A DNA stretch of 39,587 nucleotides, from NCBI GenBank assembly GCA_002269645.1, contig NIVC01004646.1, forward strand, positions 1 through 39,587, written 5' to 3'. The position numbers and the translations under genes are program-made. Every line of letters starts with the position of its first letter. The first letter of the stretch is position 1. Source of the stretch: Macrostomum lignano. Its lineage: Eukaryota. This document shows, in pieces, positions 13,078 through 24,200 of this stretch. A model generated the notes under the pieces. The model did not search any database. It worked only from the letters and a program-made list of their open reading frames with translations, and was not told where the DNA came from.

Positions 13078-13916
13078 CAGTGTTGGGCAAGTTACTCAAA
13101 AAAAGTAACTTGCGTTACTGTAACTTAAGTTACCAATTTTTAAAAAGTAACTTACGTTAGCCTAGTAACTTTAGACAAAAACCTGGTAACTTTGAAGTTA
13201 CTGTCCGTTACTCACTTCCGTTACTCATGTTATTAACAAAATTTTCTGCTTCTTTCACATTGCACATTTTTTTCACATTGTTGTTACCAAAATTTGCCAT
13301 TGGGCATTGGGATTATCCGATTTACAGACAGAGACAGGAATTGGCGACACGATGTGAGGCAAGTAGAAGGACCAATGGGCAATGGCAATCAATAATTAAA
13401 ATTATAAATGATAAAATAAACGAATATCAATAATTCAATAGAGTAAATTCAATAGCATTGTATAAAATGGTGTAGTGTACTGCAGTGCCAGTGGAGGGAC
13501 TTGTGGAGGCTACAGATGAATTTCTTGCTTTGGTTGTTTGTTTGAATCAAACTTGAAAATTTTTAGTAACGAAAATGAAAGGCGAAAATATTTTACCGAA
13601 ATTAACAAAGTAAAACATGTTTCAAGTATTTCTTCATTAATTTAGCGCAATACCATATGATACTATTCACTTAATTTTGAATTTAGGAATGAAAAATGCA
13701 AAAACATGTGACAACTGGCGTACTAGCTAAGCATTTCAGTTTTAAATTTAAATATTGCGATTGTTGCAAAGTAACTATAATGGACTTCCGAAATTTGAGT
13801 AACTTACCGTTATTCCGTTATTAAAATAAAAAAGTAACTTGCGTAAGGAACGCTTTACGAAAAGTAACTTGCGTTACCATTTGCAAGTTACTCGGTAACG
13901 GAAGTGCCCAACACTG
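13078..13916. mobile_element. Non-autonomous hAT-type DNA transposon (MITE), 839 bp
   Basis: Perfect 12-bp TIR CAGTGTTGGGCA. Perfect 8-bp TSD CTCGTATA at 13070-13077 and 13917-13924. Many subterminal GTAAC/GTTAC motifs and no ORF. Confidence 0.92.
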
Positions 13917-14339
13917 CTCGTATATACGTGTACATGTACGTGTAGTTGCATAGGGCGTTAAAAGTACAAGTCTCTCTATACACCGTCTACCGTAAAGTCG
14001 GATTGATTGTTGCTATTTGATCCCACTTGCAATCCAAGGGTTGCGGGGCTATACATTGTAGATGCACATGTAGTTGACCTTGGCCAAATTGATTAGTGGC
14101 ACCTTGACCTTTACCATGTAATTAAAACAATCCGGCGCGACCAAGAGGGGAGGGACCCATTCGAATTGGCCGGGGAAAGTAAATCAAGGGACCACTGCGG
14201 CAGTAACCTCTGTATTAGTGTTTTACTGCAGTGGTCCTTCATCAAGTACAAATGTGTGGTAGCCCTTTTGGTGGATTTGGAACCTATGTGCTGGAAAATC
14301 TGGTGCTTGCTGTGACCAGAATGGACGTCATGTAGTTCG

Positions 14340-14694
14340 CTCGCAATACGTCGAGGCACTGCGAATCATGAGGATCGCCCTCCACTGAGGTGGCCCGTGT
14401 GATGAACGGCGTACATGTGTACTCGTTGGAGGTGCCGCGCCCCGCGAGTAGACAGTTTCGCACATCGTTGCGGTACCGAAGAAGCCGCGGGCACGACGCG
14501 GAAGGAGGAGCACAGAGAGGATCTCGCTCATGTCCTGTGCTGCAAAGCTGTTCAATCGGATGCTGCTAGCGCGGTTACAGCCTGTGTTGGACCCGTTTCT
14601 GCGCCCCGAGCAGAATGGGTTCCGGCCGCAACGTGGCACAGTGACACTCCGCCGTCACCTCGCCCTCCGCCGCACCATCGAGGAGGCGCGCATC
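14340..14694 (+). mobile_element. Decayed non-LTR retrotransposon RT fragment
   Basis: Reads ...E*TVSHIVAVPKK...SLMSCAAKLFNRMLLARLQPVLDPFLRPEQNGFRPQRGT...LALRRTIEEARI. This is the N-terminal RT region of an APE-type LINE, with a stop and frameshifts. Confidence 0.85.
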
Positions 14695-16150
14695 TTCTTC
14701 TTCCCTTTTCTCGCCGCATGGCGTGGGGCCCCAGTGGTTAGAGTGCCTATGGTAGTGAGCATTACAACTTTTCTGTCACGCCGCCGCCATCTCTCGTCCG
14801 CTGTAATTTCCGCATGTCGTCCTCTTGGCCTTGTACTTACGAGCTGTCTGATTCTCCTGTTGTTTTACGTTATGCTCCGCTTTCGTCGCTCCCTCGCAGG
14901 TCCTTTTGGTGTCTAGCTGCATTTGTTTTGCTGATCGTTTTGTTGCATCTGTTGCATCTAATTGTTGCTCTGTTTAGTTGTGTTTCTCCTTAGCAGTTCT
15001 TGATGGTGTGATTTTTCGCGTTGGCTTCCTGTCCAAAGGTCTTGTCGCATTTATCACTGGTGAAAACTAACCGGATTAGCCATCTTACGGTGCATCCTCT
15101 TCTGGTGGATCGGTAATTCTTCTTTGCTAAGGCATATTTTTCCACAGCCTTCGTACTCGCACTCAAACCCTGTCCACTTGCTTTCCACATCAGTGTTGTC
15201 TTTCTCGTCATTCCTTTTTTAGTTTTGTCAAAGTTCGATCCTGTTTCCTTGTGCTTTCTCCCATGCAGTCAATGATCTTCTCAATCCTCTGTCGGACCCA
15301 GTTCTTCCAAGCTTTTTGGTCTTGCGTCTTTCTCTCAGCCTCCCAGTAATCGATTCCTTGGAATGTCCTCCAGGCCTTTGAACCAGCCTTGGCGATCTTC
15401 GTCTATCAGTCGTCGGACATGCGTATTAGTACGTGGCCAATCCTCTTTAGATGTGCTTTTTCGATCTTAGTCCTGACGGATACAACTCCTAGCTCGCTCC
15501 GGACATCCTGCATGTTAGCTCGTAACTCCTCTGGCTTCCATCAGTCAGAGCGGTTCTCCACGTTGCTTGCTCCAAATGTTCCGGTACGCTTTGTCTATGA
15601 ATCTTTTGTAGCTTGAGCCCCAGCGGTCGTGCGTACAACGTGCCAGAGCAGCTGATCTCCGTCGTCATGGCGCGCTGTATCACGGCACGAACGCTGCTGT
15701 GCTGACACTGGACGGTCTGTCGGATTTCATTGAGACATCCTCTAACTGATTGACAACGTATTTTGTTGTTGTTGTAGTTGTAGCTTCTTCAGTTCGCGTA
15801 AGTGGTATGGTCTGATGTTTGCGTAGAACAGGATCACGCTTTTCACGCAGGCTTCAACAATTTTCGCTTTGGTCGTATCTTTAGTCTGCTTTTAGTCAAT
15901 CTCTTTCTCACGTACAGCTAGTATTCCAGCTTTGGGCTGCTGTTTATATTCTGTTCTCGATATTTTCCTCGCTGCATGGGCCATGAGCCTAACATTATTA
16001 CATGTATAACTCCTAGCTGCCCTATTCGTCCCCAACACCATCTCCTTCTAATTGTCGCCATTGGTCTTCTCTTTGAATTCGTTTATCCATTTTCTTAGTT
16101 ATTTAGAGTCCTTGTTCCAGCTTATTCTGTTCACCCAATTTACATATACC
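14695..16150 (-). mobile_element. Decayed RTE-like LINE 3' portion
   Basis: Broken frames KAKIVEACVKSVILFY, LLWHVVR, a C2H2-like SDKCDKTFGQEANAKNH and RPRGR..ERWRR. Ends in a (GAA)n tail at ~14695. The 5' boundary is approximate. Confidence 0.6.
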
Positions 16151-19093
16151 GTCGGATAAGCTTCCTTAGGTCCAGTAAGTAATGCCACCTTTTCAAGTTC
16201 CAAATTTTGGTCCTCACTTTAATTGCTCGTATTATCATCCCAACAAGTATAATTTGCATAAGTTAATGAAAAATAAAAGATCAAAAGAAATAGTAAACCA
16301 AATAGGCAAGAATTTACATAATATTTTATTTATGTGTATATAAATTAAGGCAAGATTTTGGTAATTTTACAACACAATATAAAACAATTTTAAGAATACA
16401 CTTTTTATGCACGCGGAATAATTGTTCATGGACGGGTTTACATTGTACATTTTATTAATGCCGAATTTATATGTTTACAAGCAAGTTAACAAAACTATTT
16501 AACAAATTTTTATTACCAAGGTTTAAATGTGGCATACCATTGTTTGGTAATGATTTTTGCAGTTCATTGTACATAAAAAACGTAGTTTTGGCTAAAGTAT
16601 AATTTTGCCAATCTAATTATTTATTTAAAACGCAGCAGTCACGCGATGAACCTAGGGTCTGCCGCCAAAAATGTGGATGGAAGCTTGCATCTCAAGCTTA
16701 AAAAATGGATGCAAATATGAAAACCAGGATGCAACTTGCATCTAGGTTTAAATTTAGGGAAAGTATTCAATGAAGATTCAAAAAAGTATTGAAACAATAT
16801 ATTTATACATGATGTTTTGTTTGTAACTTTTGCTGAAAAATGACTTGCATGCATCTTGATCTAAAAAATGCAGATGCACGAGTTGCATCCAGCGTCAAAA
16901 AGTGGGTGCAAATCCAAATTTCAGGGTGTAAATTACACCCTATTTGCATAAAAAACCCTGCGCGATAAAAAATATCTAAATCTCTTAGCATATGAGCTAA
17001 ATCTCTTCACGCCATCTAGACTGTGGTCTGTGCGCGCACTCCTTTAAAGCATGTAATGCATGACTCAGCTCAAACACCACTAGATTTAGAGGCACACACA
17101 TATTCTGTATGTATCTATGTATTGGATCTGGTAGGCCTAGCACTGCCTCTGCCACTCAAATCCTATCATAGTTGTTAAAATTAATGATTATAGGTTGAGT
17201 TTACATTAAACAAAATATTAAAGATATATTAAATATAAAATCTGCTGTAGGCCCTAATAAAAAATGAAAGTTAAAAAGTTGAAAATATTCTTGCTTTATA
17301 GGCTTAGCTAGAGTTGTAGTCCAAAATTACTTTTTTCTATGCTCTTGATCTGTCCTAAATATAAAATCAAATGCATTAAAATTTAGTATAATACTAGACC
17401 TTAGCTGTAGGGGCCTATATTCAAGCTTATTATCTTATCTAAGATCTATATACTCATAATCTTTATTTACTAAAACATAATATTAGTTATATATTATATT
17501 ATATTAAACATAATCTACTTTTTCAAGTTTCTTGCAGATAAATTGACTAATTGGAAGTAGTGGTATTAATTTTTTTATTTAGCAATATATACTAAATACC
17601 TAGTAGTAGAATATTTGATTAATTGATTATTATATATAATTGCATTACTATTATTCAAAGTTAAAGCAAATAGTTATAATTGATTTAAATATAGCATATT
17701 AGGCCTATAATTTTAAAAGCTGGTACTTGTATTTTTCTTCTTAATTTCAAATTTTTAGCTATATGATTTTAAAAATATAAGCTTTAGCAACAATGATTTT
17801 GCAATGCCATGCAGTTCAATTCTATGCATTATAAGTGATATAATATAAGCAAATCTGAAAGTCATGCATAAAAAGATACATATAAAAAATACATGTAAAT
17901 ATAATAAAATTCTCTATCAAAATATACATTTAAAAACTTTTAACTACTTTATCTATATCTTAATAGAAGTGGCAATAAAAATAATTGATAATTGATTACT
18001 ATTTTTCTGGAATAAGCCCTAGTGGTTGCAACCCCCAATAGTGTCACATGACCATTTTCTTGGGGTTGTAGCACTAAGAAATATGAGTATGTCATACTTA
18101 ATGATGTATTATATTGATTATAAAAGGGGTTGCAAACATAAAAAATGATGCAAGTGAATAAATTAGGGTTGTCTGAAAAAAGGTTGTGAACCAATGTTCT
18201 AGAAAAATGGTAGGCCTACTTTTTGTGCCAAAATATATATTATTTTTCATTGCTAACTAGTTTATCTTCATTTCTATAGCAGATAAACTGTTTGCCTTAA
18301 AATGGACCTGACCTCTGGTAGACAAACTAACATTAGATAAAATAACCCACATATTTATGCTTTTGCCAAAAAAATTAATACCAATAAAGTTTGGCATTTG
18401 GCTTTATTACATTGTATTATCAAAAATGCTAAAGCTTTTAATTGCAGACAGAAATATATAACCCAAGGCCAATTATAGAAGACTAGACGTTTTAAACAAT
18501 ATAGATATATATTTATCTTTCTTATTACATTGTAGGGCCTAGGCTAAATGCATTGGATATTATAAATTATTCAAAAAATGCTAATAGTTTTTCATTTCCT
18601 TTATTATTTTTATATTATTATTTTAACTTTTCTCATAGTTTTTAAAAGGTGCTTTGTTCTTTTTAGTTGCCTATAATGTTTATAAAAGTTATAATATTTA
18701 ATATTTCTACATTGTCAAAGTAAACTATTAGAAGTCGAGTTCAAATCATTTCTAATCTAATACAAAGCATTTTGGAAAATAATTCAGGTGTTAAGCCTTA
18801 TAGTTGCACCATTTTCACTTAATTGAAGCATACCAATTTTGCAATTCTTCATTTTCAATACACTGTGCTCTTTCTGGCTCTGTGCCACAAATTTAAATTC
18901 ACTCGAAAATTTAGCTAGCTAATATGGTTAGTTTGCAGCTAACAAAGAGACAAGCAACTATGATGCCAATTATGTTAGCCCCTGAGCTCCAGGAAAACTT
19001 TTGTGCAGACACACTGCTACTTGATCATAGAAAGCCAAAGCAAATGTGTGTGATGTTGCATTACAGCTCAGCTGCCCCAACTACTAGCCCGCC

Positions 19094-20510
19094 ATGGCCA
19101 CTTATCGAAATCAATCTTCCATCCGCCATACCAGCATTATCAACAATGCCAATGATGCTGACAATGAAAGCGATGACGAATTTAGTTTAAATTCTGGCTC
19201 GCCAGCGCCTAGTGATGGCGGCAGACCGCCACCGCTGCTCTACCTGCGAATTACTAATGCTAAGGTGGTTTGCAGCCTGTTGAAGACTATTCAGTTTAGA
19301 GATTTGGCTACCATTTGCGCCAGCGTCAATGGGCTGAAAGTGACTGTTGAGGACTGCAAATCTCTTCAGGCAAATGTCTATCTGCAGACTAGTCTCTTTA
19401 GTCAATATACGCTTCGAGATGATGAGCCATTGTTTTTTAAGCTCAACTATGTCATGCTGTTGGAGTGTCTGCAAATGTTCTCCGATACTGAAGCTTCCAG
19501 CCCTGCAGTGATGGGTATGATGGCTTGTCTATTTTTGTCATCTGATTACCAGATTGTTGGGTAGATGACCAACTGAGTACACTGACTAGATGACCCACTG
19601 AGCACACTGGATAGATGGCCCACTAAGCACACTGGATAGATGACCCACTGAGCACTCTGGATGTGGATAGATGACCCACTGAGCACTCTGGATGTGGATA
19701 GATGACCCACTGAGCACTCTGGATGCCCACTAAGCACACTGGATAGATGACCCACTGAGCACACTGACTAGATCACCCCACAGAGCACAGTGGATAGATG
19801 ATCTACTAAGCACACTGACTAGATGACCCACTGAGCACGCTGACTAGATGGCCAAGTGTTGACCCTCTCAAATCATTCAGATGACCCACTGGCAATACTA
19901 GAATTGTAGTGGCACTGGTAATTAATTAAAAAAATCATAAAAAACGCCCCACCCACCAGAGCTGTTCCTTCCCGACGACCGATCAGCCGTGGAGCTGCAC
20001 CTGGAAGACGCGGGCGTCGTTACCGACTGCCGGATTCGCACAATCGAGCCCGAGCAGACTCTAGATTTTAATTTCAACGCGGCAGCCCTGTGCTTCAAGG
20101 TGATTATCCGATCTGAGCAGCTCAAAGAGGTATTCTCCGAGCTGGATCCGCACAGCGAACTAGTGGAAATATTCGTGAGCACCGAGCGGCGCCTATTTCG
20201 AATGTCAACATTCGGCGACCTTGGCCGAGGCGTGTACGATTTCCCGGCCGAATCTGAAGCCGTGGAGATGTTCCAGAGCCCGGATGTCAGCGTGGCCTTC
20301 CGCTACAGGCACGCCTTGTTGAAATGCTGCCTGAAGGCTCTGCAAGCCTCCGCCAAGGCCAGCATTCGGTGCGACCAGCGCGGCTTCTTGTCATTGCAGT
20401 TTCTTGTCGAATCGGCCGACGGGCACAACTGCTTTATTGAATTCTTTCTGGTGCCGAATCAGCCAGAGGATGAGGACGAGATTGCCGGTAGCGACGACGA
20501 GCGACATTGA
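19094..20510 (+). CDS. RAD1: Cell-cycle checkpoint protein RAD1 (9-1-1 clamp subunit)
   Basis: Exons 19094-19514 and 19960-20510, joined by a phase-1 GT-AG intron (AVM-E-LFLP). Motifs LLKTIQFRD, NGLKVTVED, LQANVY, EDAGVVTDC, LKEVFSELD, FRMSTFG and DQRGFLSLQF match the Rad1 family. Confidence 0.95.
19558..19850. repeat. ~25-nt minisatellite in the RAD1 intron
   Basis: GGATAGATGACCCACTGAGCACACT units and variants. Confidence 0.9.
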
Positions 20511-21280
20511 ATTACTGTGCACTTTTCCCAAGTATGCCCTAAATTTGGCTTTTTTGGCAGTTAAGTTTAGATATTGTTGGCAGCATCTACTATGAACGAT
20601 TTTTAACTTCTAATTTCTACTATAAGTAGCATCAATTATTTAAGAGTATGTTGAAACCAGTTCGCAGTTTTTATATTTAATTCGTGCTGTGTGTTCAGTT
20701 GGTGCATTTTTACTATAAATAATTGGAAAAGTATTCAAAGTAAATAATAAGACTCAAACACGATTGATACAGTAATTTGTAAAGCGGATACACTAGATAA
20801 TGAACAGATCGAATTAAAGTTGGTCCTGCAATTTCACTCGTGCCTTACATTAAATTATATTTATTATGGGCAAATAATTCACATTACAGATGTCAGTACG
20901 TAAAGTAGGAATGTATCAAAGATTTCTGATGATAAAAAGAGCTACGACCACATTCAAATCAATTGGTTTCGAAACCTGATAGTTTTGGAAGAATCAGACG
21001 GCGTGTCTTGATGTTTTATATGGGATTCATCAAACCGTTATTTACAAACCTCATAAATATATTGTATATTCTCAATAAGGATTAAGTCATACATACATCC
21101 AGTCCAGTTTAACTAAAATTTACTTTTTGTTAAAAATTAAGAATCATAATGGCACGCAATGAATAAGATGGATAGATAATTATAATGATAACATTTTATC
21201 TATAAAAGTTAAAGCTACAAAAAGAAAAATCACTTTAGAATCATTAGCATACTACTGAATACGTCTAGTAGTTAATTGAT

Positions 21281-24200
21281 TCACTTTTTCTTCATGCCAA
21301 ACAAGCTGCCAATGCCTTTGCCCTTCTTCGCCTTGCCAACCTCGGCCGCTTCGTGATGACCTCCATCCATCTCGTCGTCTGGCATCTCGTGCGGCGCTGC
21401 AGTGGAATAAAATTGTGCATAAAAATCCTCAATATGCTACTTAAAATTTTATAGTAGTATTGAACTCAGAGATAATAATGCTTTACCATCGTGGCCTGAT
21501 TCGGAGCCTTTCTTCTTTTTGTCTTTTTTGCTGCCCTTCTTCACCGGCATCGGGGCTGGGAAATGGTGGAGTTTAGAAGAGAGGATATAAGTAAGGTAAC
21601 TAACAATATGACGAGGCGTTACAATCAGTAAATTTACCCGCGCCGTTGACCCTTAACTTTAGATATGGTAAACTTTTAAGCAAGTTGATTGGAAAACCGA
21701 TATCGCTTTGTCTTTGAAACTCTAGGGCGAGCTTTGCCCATAGACAAGGACTAACTCAAGATTTCCCGTTACGCATCTCCACTGCATTCTTCCTCCCGCA
21801 ATGAACGACTACCCAAGGCTAGACTCCACAACTCACGCGGCTGATAGCCAACAGCGGCAGCTCCGGCCTCCTCAAGCGTGGCCGCCTCTACTAGCAAAGC
21901 CAGCTCCTCCGGGGTCGGCTTCTGCACAACCAGGCGCACCCGATCACCGGTGGCCTTCAGCGTGGCCACAGCCTGCTGATGCGTGCAGCCGTGCAAGACG
22001 ACGCCGTCAACGGCTAGCAGCCGGTCGCCGAACTCGATGCTGCCGTCCTGCTGGGCGGCGCCGCCGTCAATGATCTTAGTGACGAATATGGAGTCGTCGC
22101 CCGCCAGATGTTGGTTGTCAACGCCGCCAGCGATGCTGAAGCCGAGGCCATTGAGCGTCTTGGTGAGGATCACCTGTGAGCGAGAGATTGGGCAGTGTAA
22201 AACATCTGAGTGCGCCGCATTTATACGCTTGTCAGATATGGAAATGGGAATTCTCCAATTACAATGATGCAAATGGGGTTTTTCCCATAACAGTCATGCA
22301 AATGGGATTTCTCCCCATTACAGCATTCATGCAAATGGGATTTCTCCACATTACAGTCATGCAAATAGGATTTCTCCCATTGCAGTCTTGCAAATGGGAT
22401 TTCTCCCATTACAATCATTCAAATTGGATTTCTCCCATTATAGTCCTGCAAATGGGATTTCTCCCATTATAGTCCTGCAAATGGGATTTCTCCCCATTAC
22501 AGACATGCAAATGGGATTTCTCCCATTACAGTCTTGTAAATTGGGATTTCTCCCCATTACAATCATTCAAATGGGACTTGTGCCCCTTTCTTTTTGCAGG
22601 CATACAAATGTAACCACATCTACAGATAGATAAGAACTAGAAATGGGATTTTAATGAACGACACTCAAAACTTTTAAATTCCCAAACCTGAAAATCAAAG
22701 ATCCTCACCTCAAAGGATCCATTCTCGGCCATCTGCGGCGCCCCGCCGAGCTGCTGTGGCGGCGGCTGCTGCTGCATCATCGGCGCCCGCAGCAGCAGCA
22801 GGCGAAGCTGATTGCCAGACATCTTCAACGCGTTCACTGCGGCCGCGTGCGACACGGCGGTGACGTCAACGCCGTTGACGGCGAGAATGACGTCATCGAC
22901 GCGCATCCGACCGTCGAGTTCGGCGACGCCGCCAGGCACAACCTTGGTGACAAAGACCCGACTGTCGCCGGGCAGGTGAGGCTCGTCCACGCCACCGGCG
23001 ATGCTGAAACCGAAGCCGCCTTGACTGGCCCGCTGCAGCACGATCTCGAAGGCGCCGTCGGAGGCCGATGCGGCGGCAGCTGCGGCCCGCTCGGGCGAGT
23101 CACGGTGCTGTTTCTGTAGGCGGAGAGACCAGGCCCAATTTTTCTGATATATGCTCTGCTCACTACTACTCAGTAGTTTTCTTACTATTGTTGTTAATCC
23201 TTATAGAGCGAGAAGACAAGCAGTTACGACCATCCTGCTGAGTCCAGAGCTAGAACATGGTCACACAGGCACACGCTCACACAGGGTGTACAGTGGCCTT
23301 GAGTTACTTCAGGGGTTAGGCAGGGGTTACCCGTTAGGGTTAGGCATTAAGCTACTCTGCGTGAAGCATTTTGGTTGGGGATATTCAAAGTCTATCTTGT
23401 TAACTGTTCTCTATGCTGTAAAGCCTGTCTATACTACTTTTGAGGGGCTTGTACAGAAAAAATTTCCCCAGGGGCTTGACATGCGTTTCACGCCTATGAG
23501 CACCAACCCCCAAGACACAGAGAATGTGCATGCCTGATGGTTGTGAGCGTCTCTAATGTGTATGAGTGCGTGTCTGGCTGCCTGTGTACGGTATCTGTGC
23601 GCTTGTATGTGTTCAGGAGTCAGGTCGGATAATAATATGATTGATTACATCTGCCCTGATGGCCAGATGTGCAACCGACAGCTCAGTCGCAGCTATTGCG
23701 CGGCGCGTCTGAACGCTGCGTACGGATGTTCAGTCCAGGGACTGGGGGGTCACACACCCTCACCCTCAATTACCCCAGCTAATGCTGGCACCCATTTTAC
23801 AGCTGGGTGAACTGAAGCAATGCAGAGTTAAGTGTCCTGCTCAGGGACACAAATACAAATTGTTCCAGTGGGATCGAGAATCGAACCCCGACCTTCAAGT
23901 CGTGAGTCCGACGCTCCAACCACTAGACTACAACCCTTTGGGAGTCAGAGGAATGCGCTGAAGTAGCTCAGCGCTAATCGTGGGACGATGTCGCCAAAGG
24001 CGTTGAGCCAGGGTGCCCACAGCCCTCCTGTGAATAGATCAATTGATGCATTTATTTAACCTGCTGCACACCTGAGACTTCTGCTTAGCGGCGCCAGGCT
24101 GATGACTGGGCGGCGCAGTCTCGGCCCATCTGTCGGGCTCCTTCACGGATTCCAGGGCTCGCTGCTCCGCCGTTTTGTTTTCGTCTATCAGGGTCACTTC

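Noticed and set aside
14340-16150. Twin-priming 5' inversion of a single LINE
   Set aside because: The oppositely oriented fragment lies on the tail side, which is the wrong geometry.
16650-16960. Possible MITE with (C/T)AGGGT ends and GATGCA-rich internal repeats
   Set aside because: The candidate TSD (CGCGATGA/CGCGATAA) is offset from the putative TIR and the termini do not match cleanly.
18020-18196. Degenerate hAT/Charlie-like ends (TAGTGGTTGCAACC ... GGTTGTGAACCAATG)
   Set aside because: Too diverged and no TSD, so it cannot be supported.
18924-19190. 88-aa ORF overlapping the RAD1 start
   Set aside because: No recognisable similarity. It is out of frame with RAD1 and probably a chance upstream ORF.
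23865-23937. tRNA gene
   Set aside because: The acceptor and anticodon stems pair poorly and the sequence continues into a CORE-like body, so it is a SINE head.
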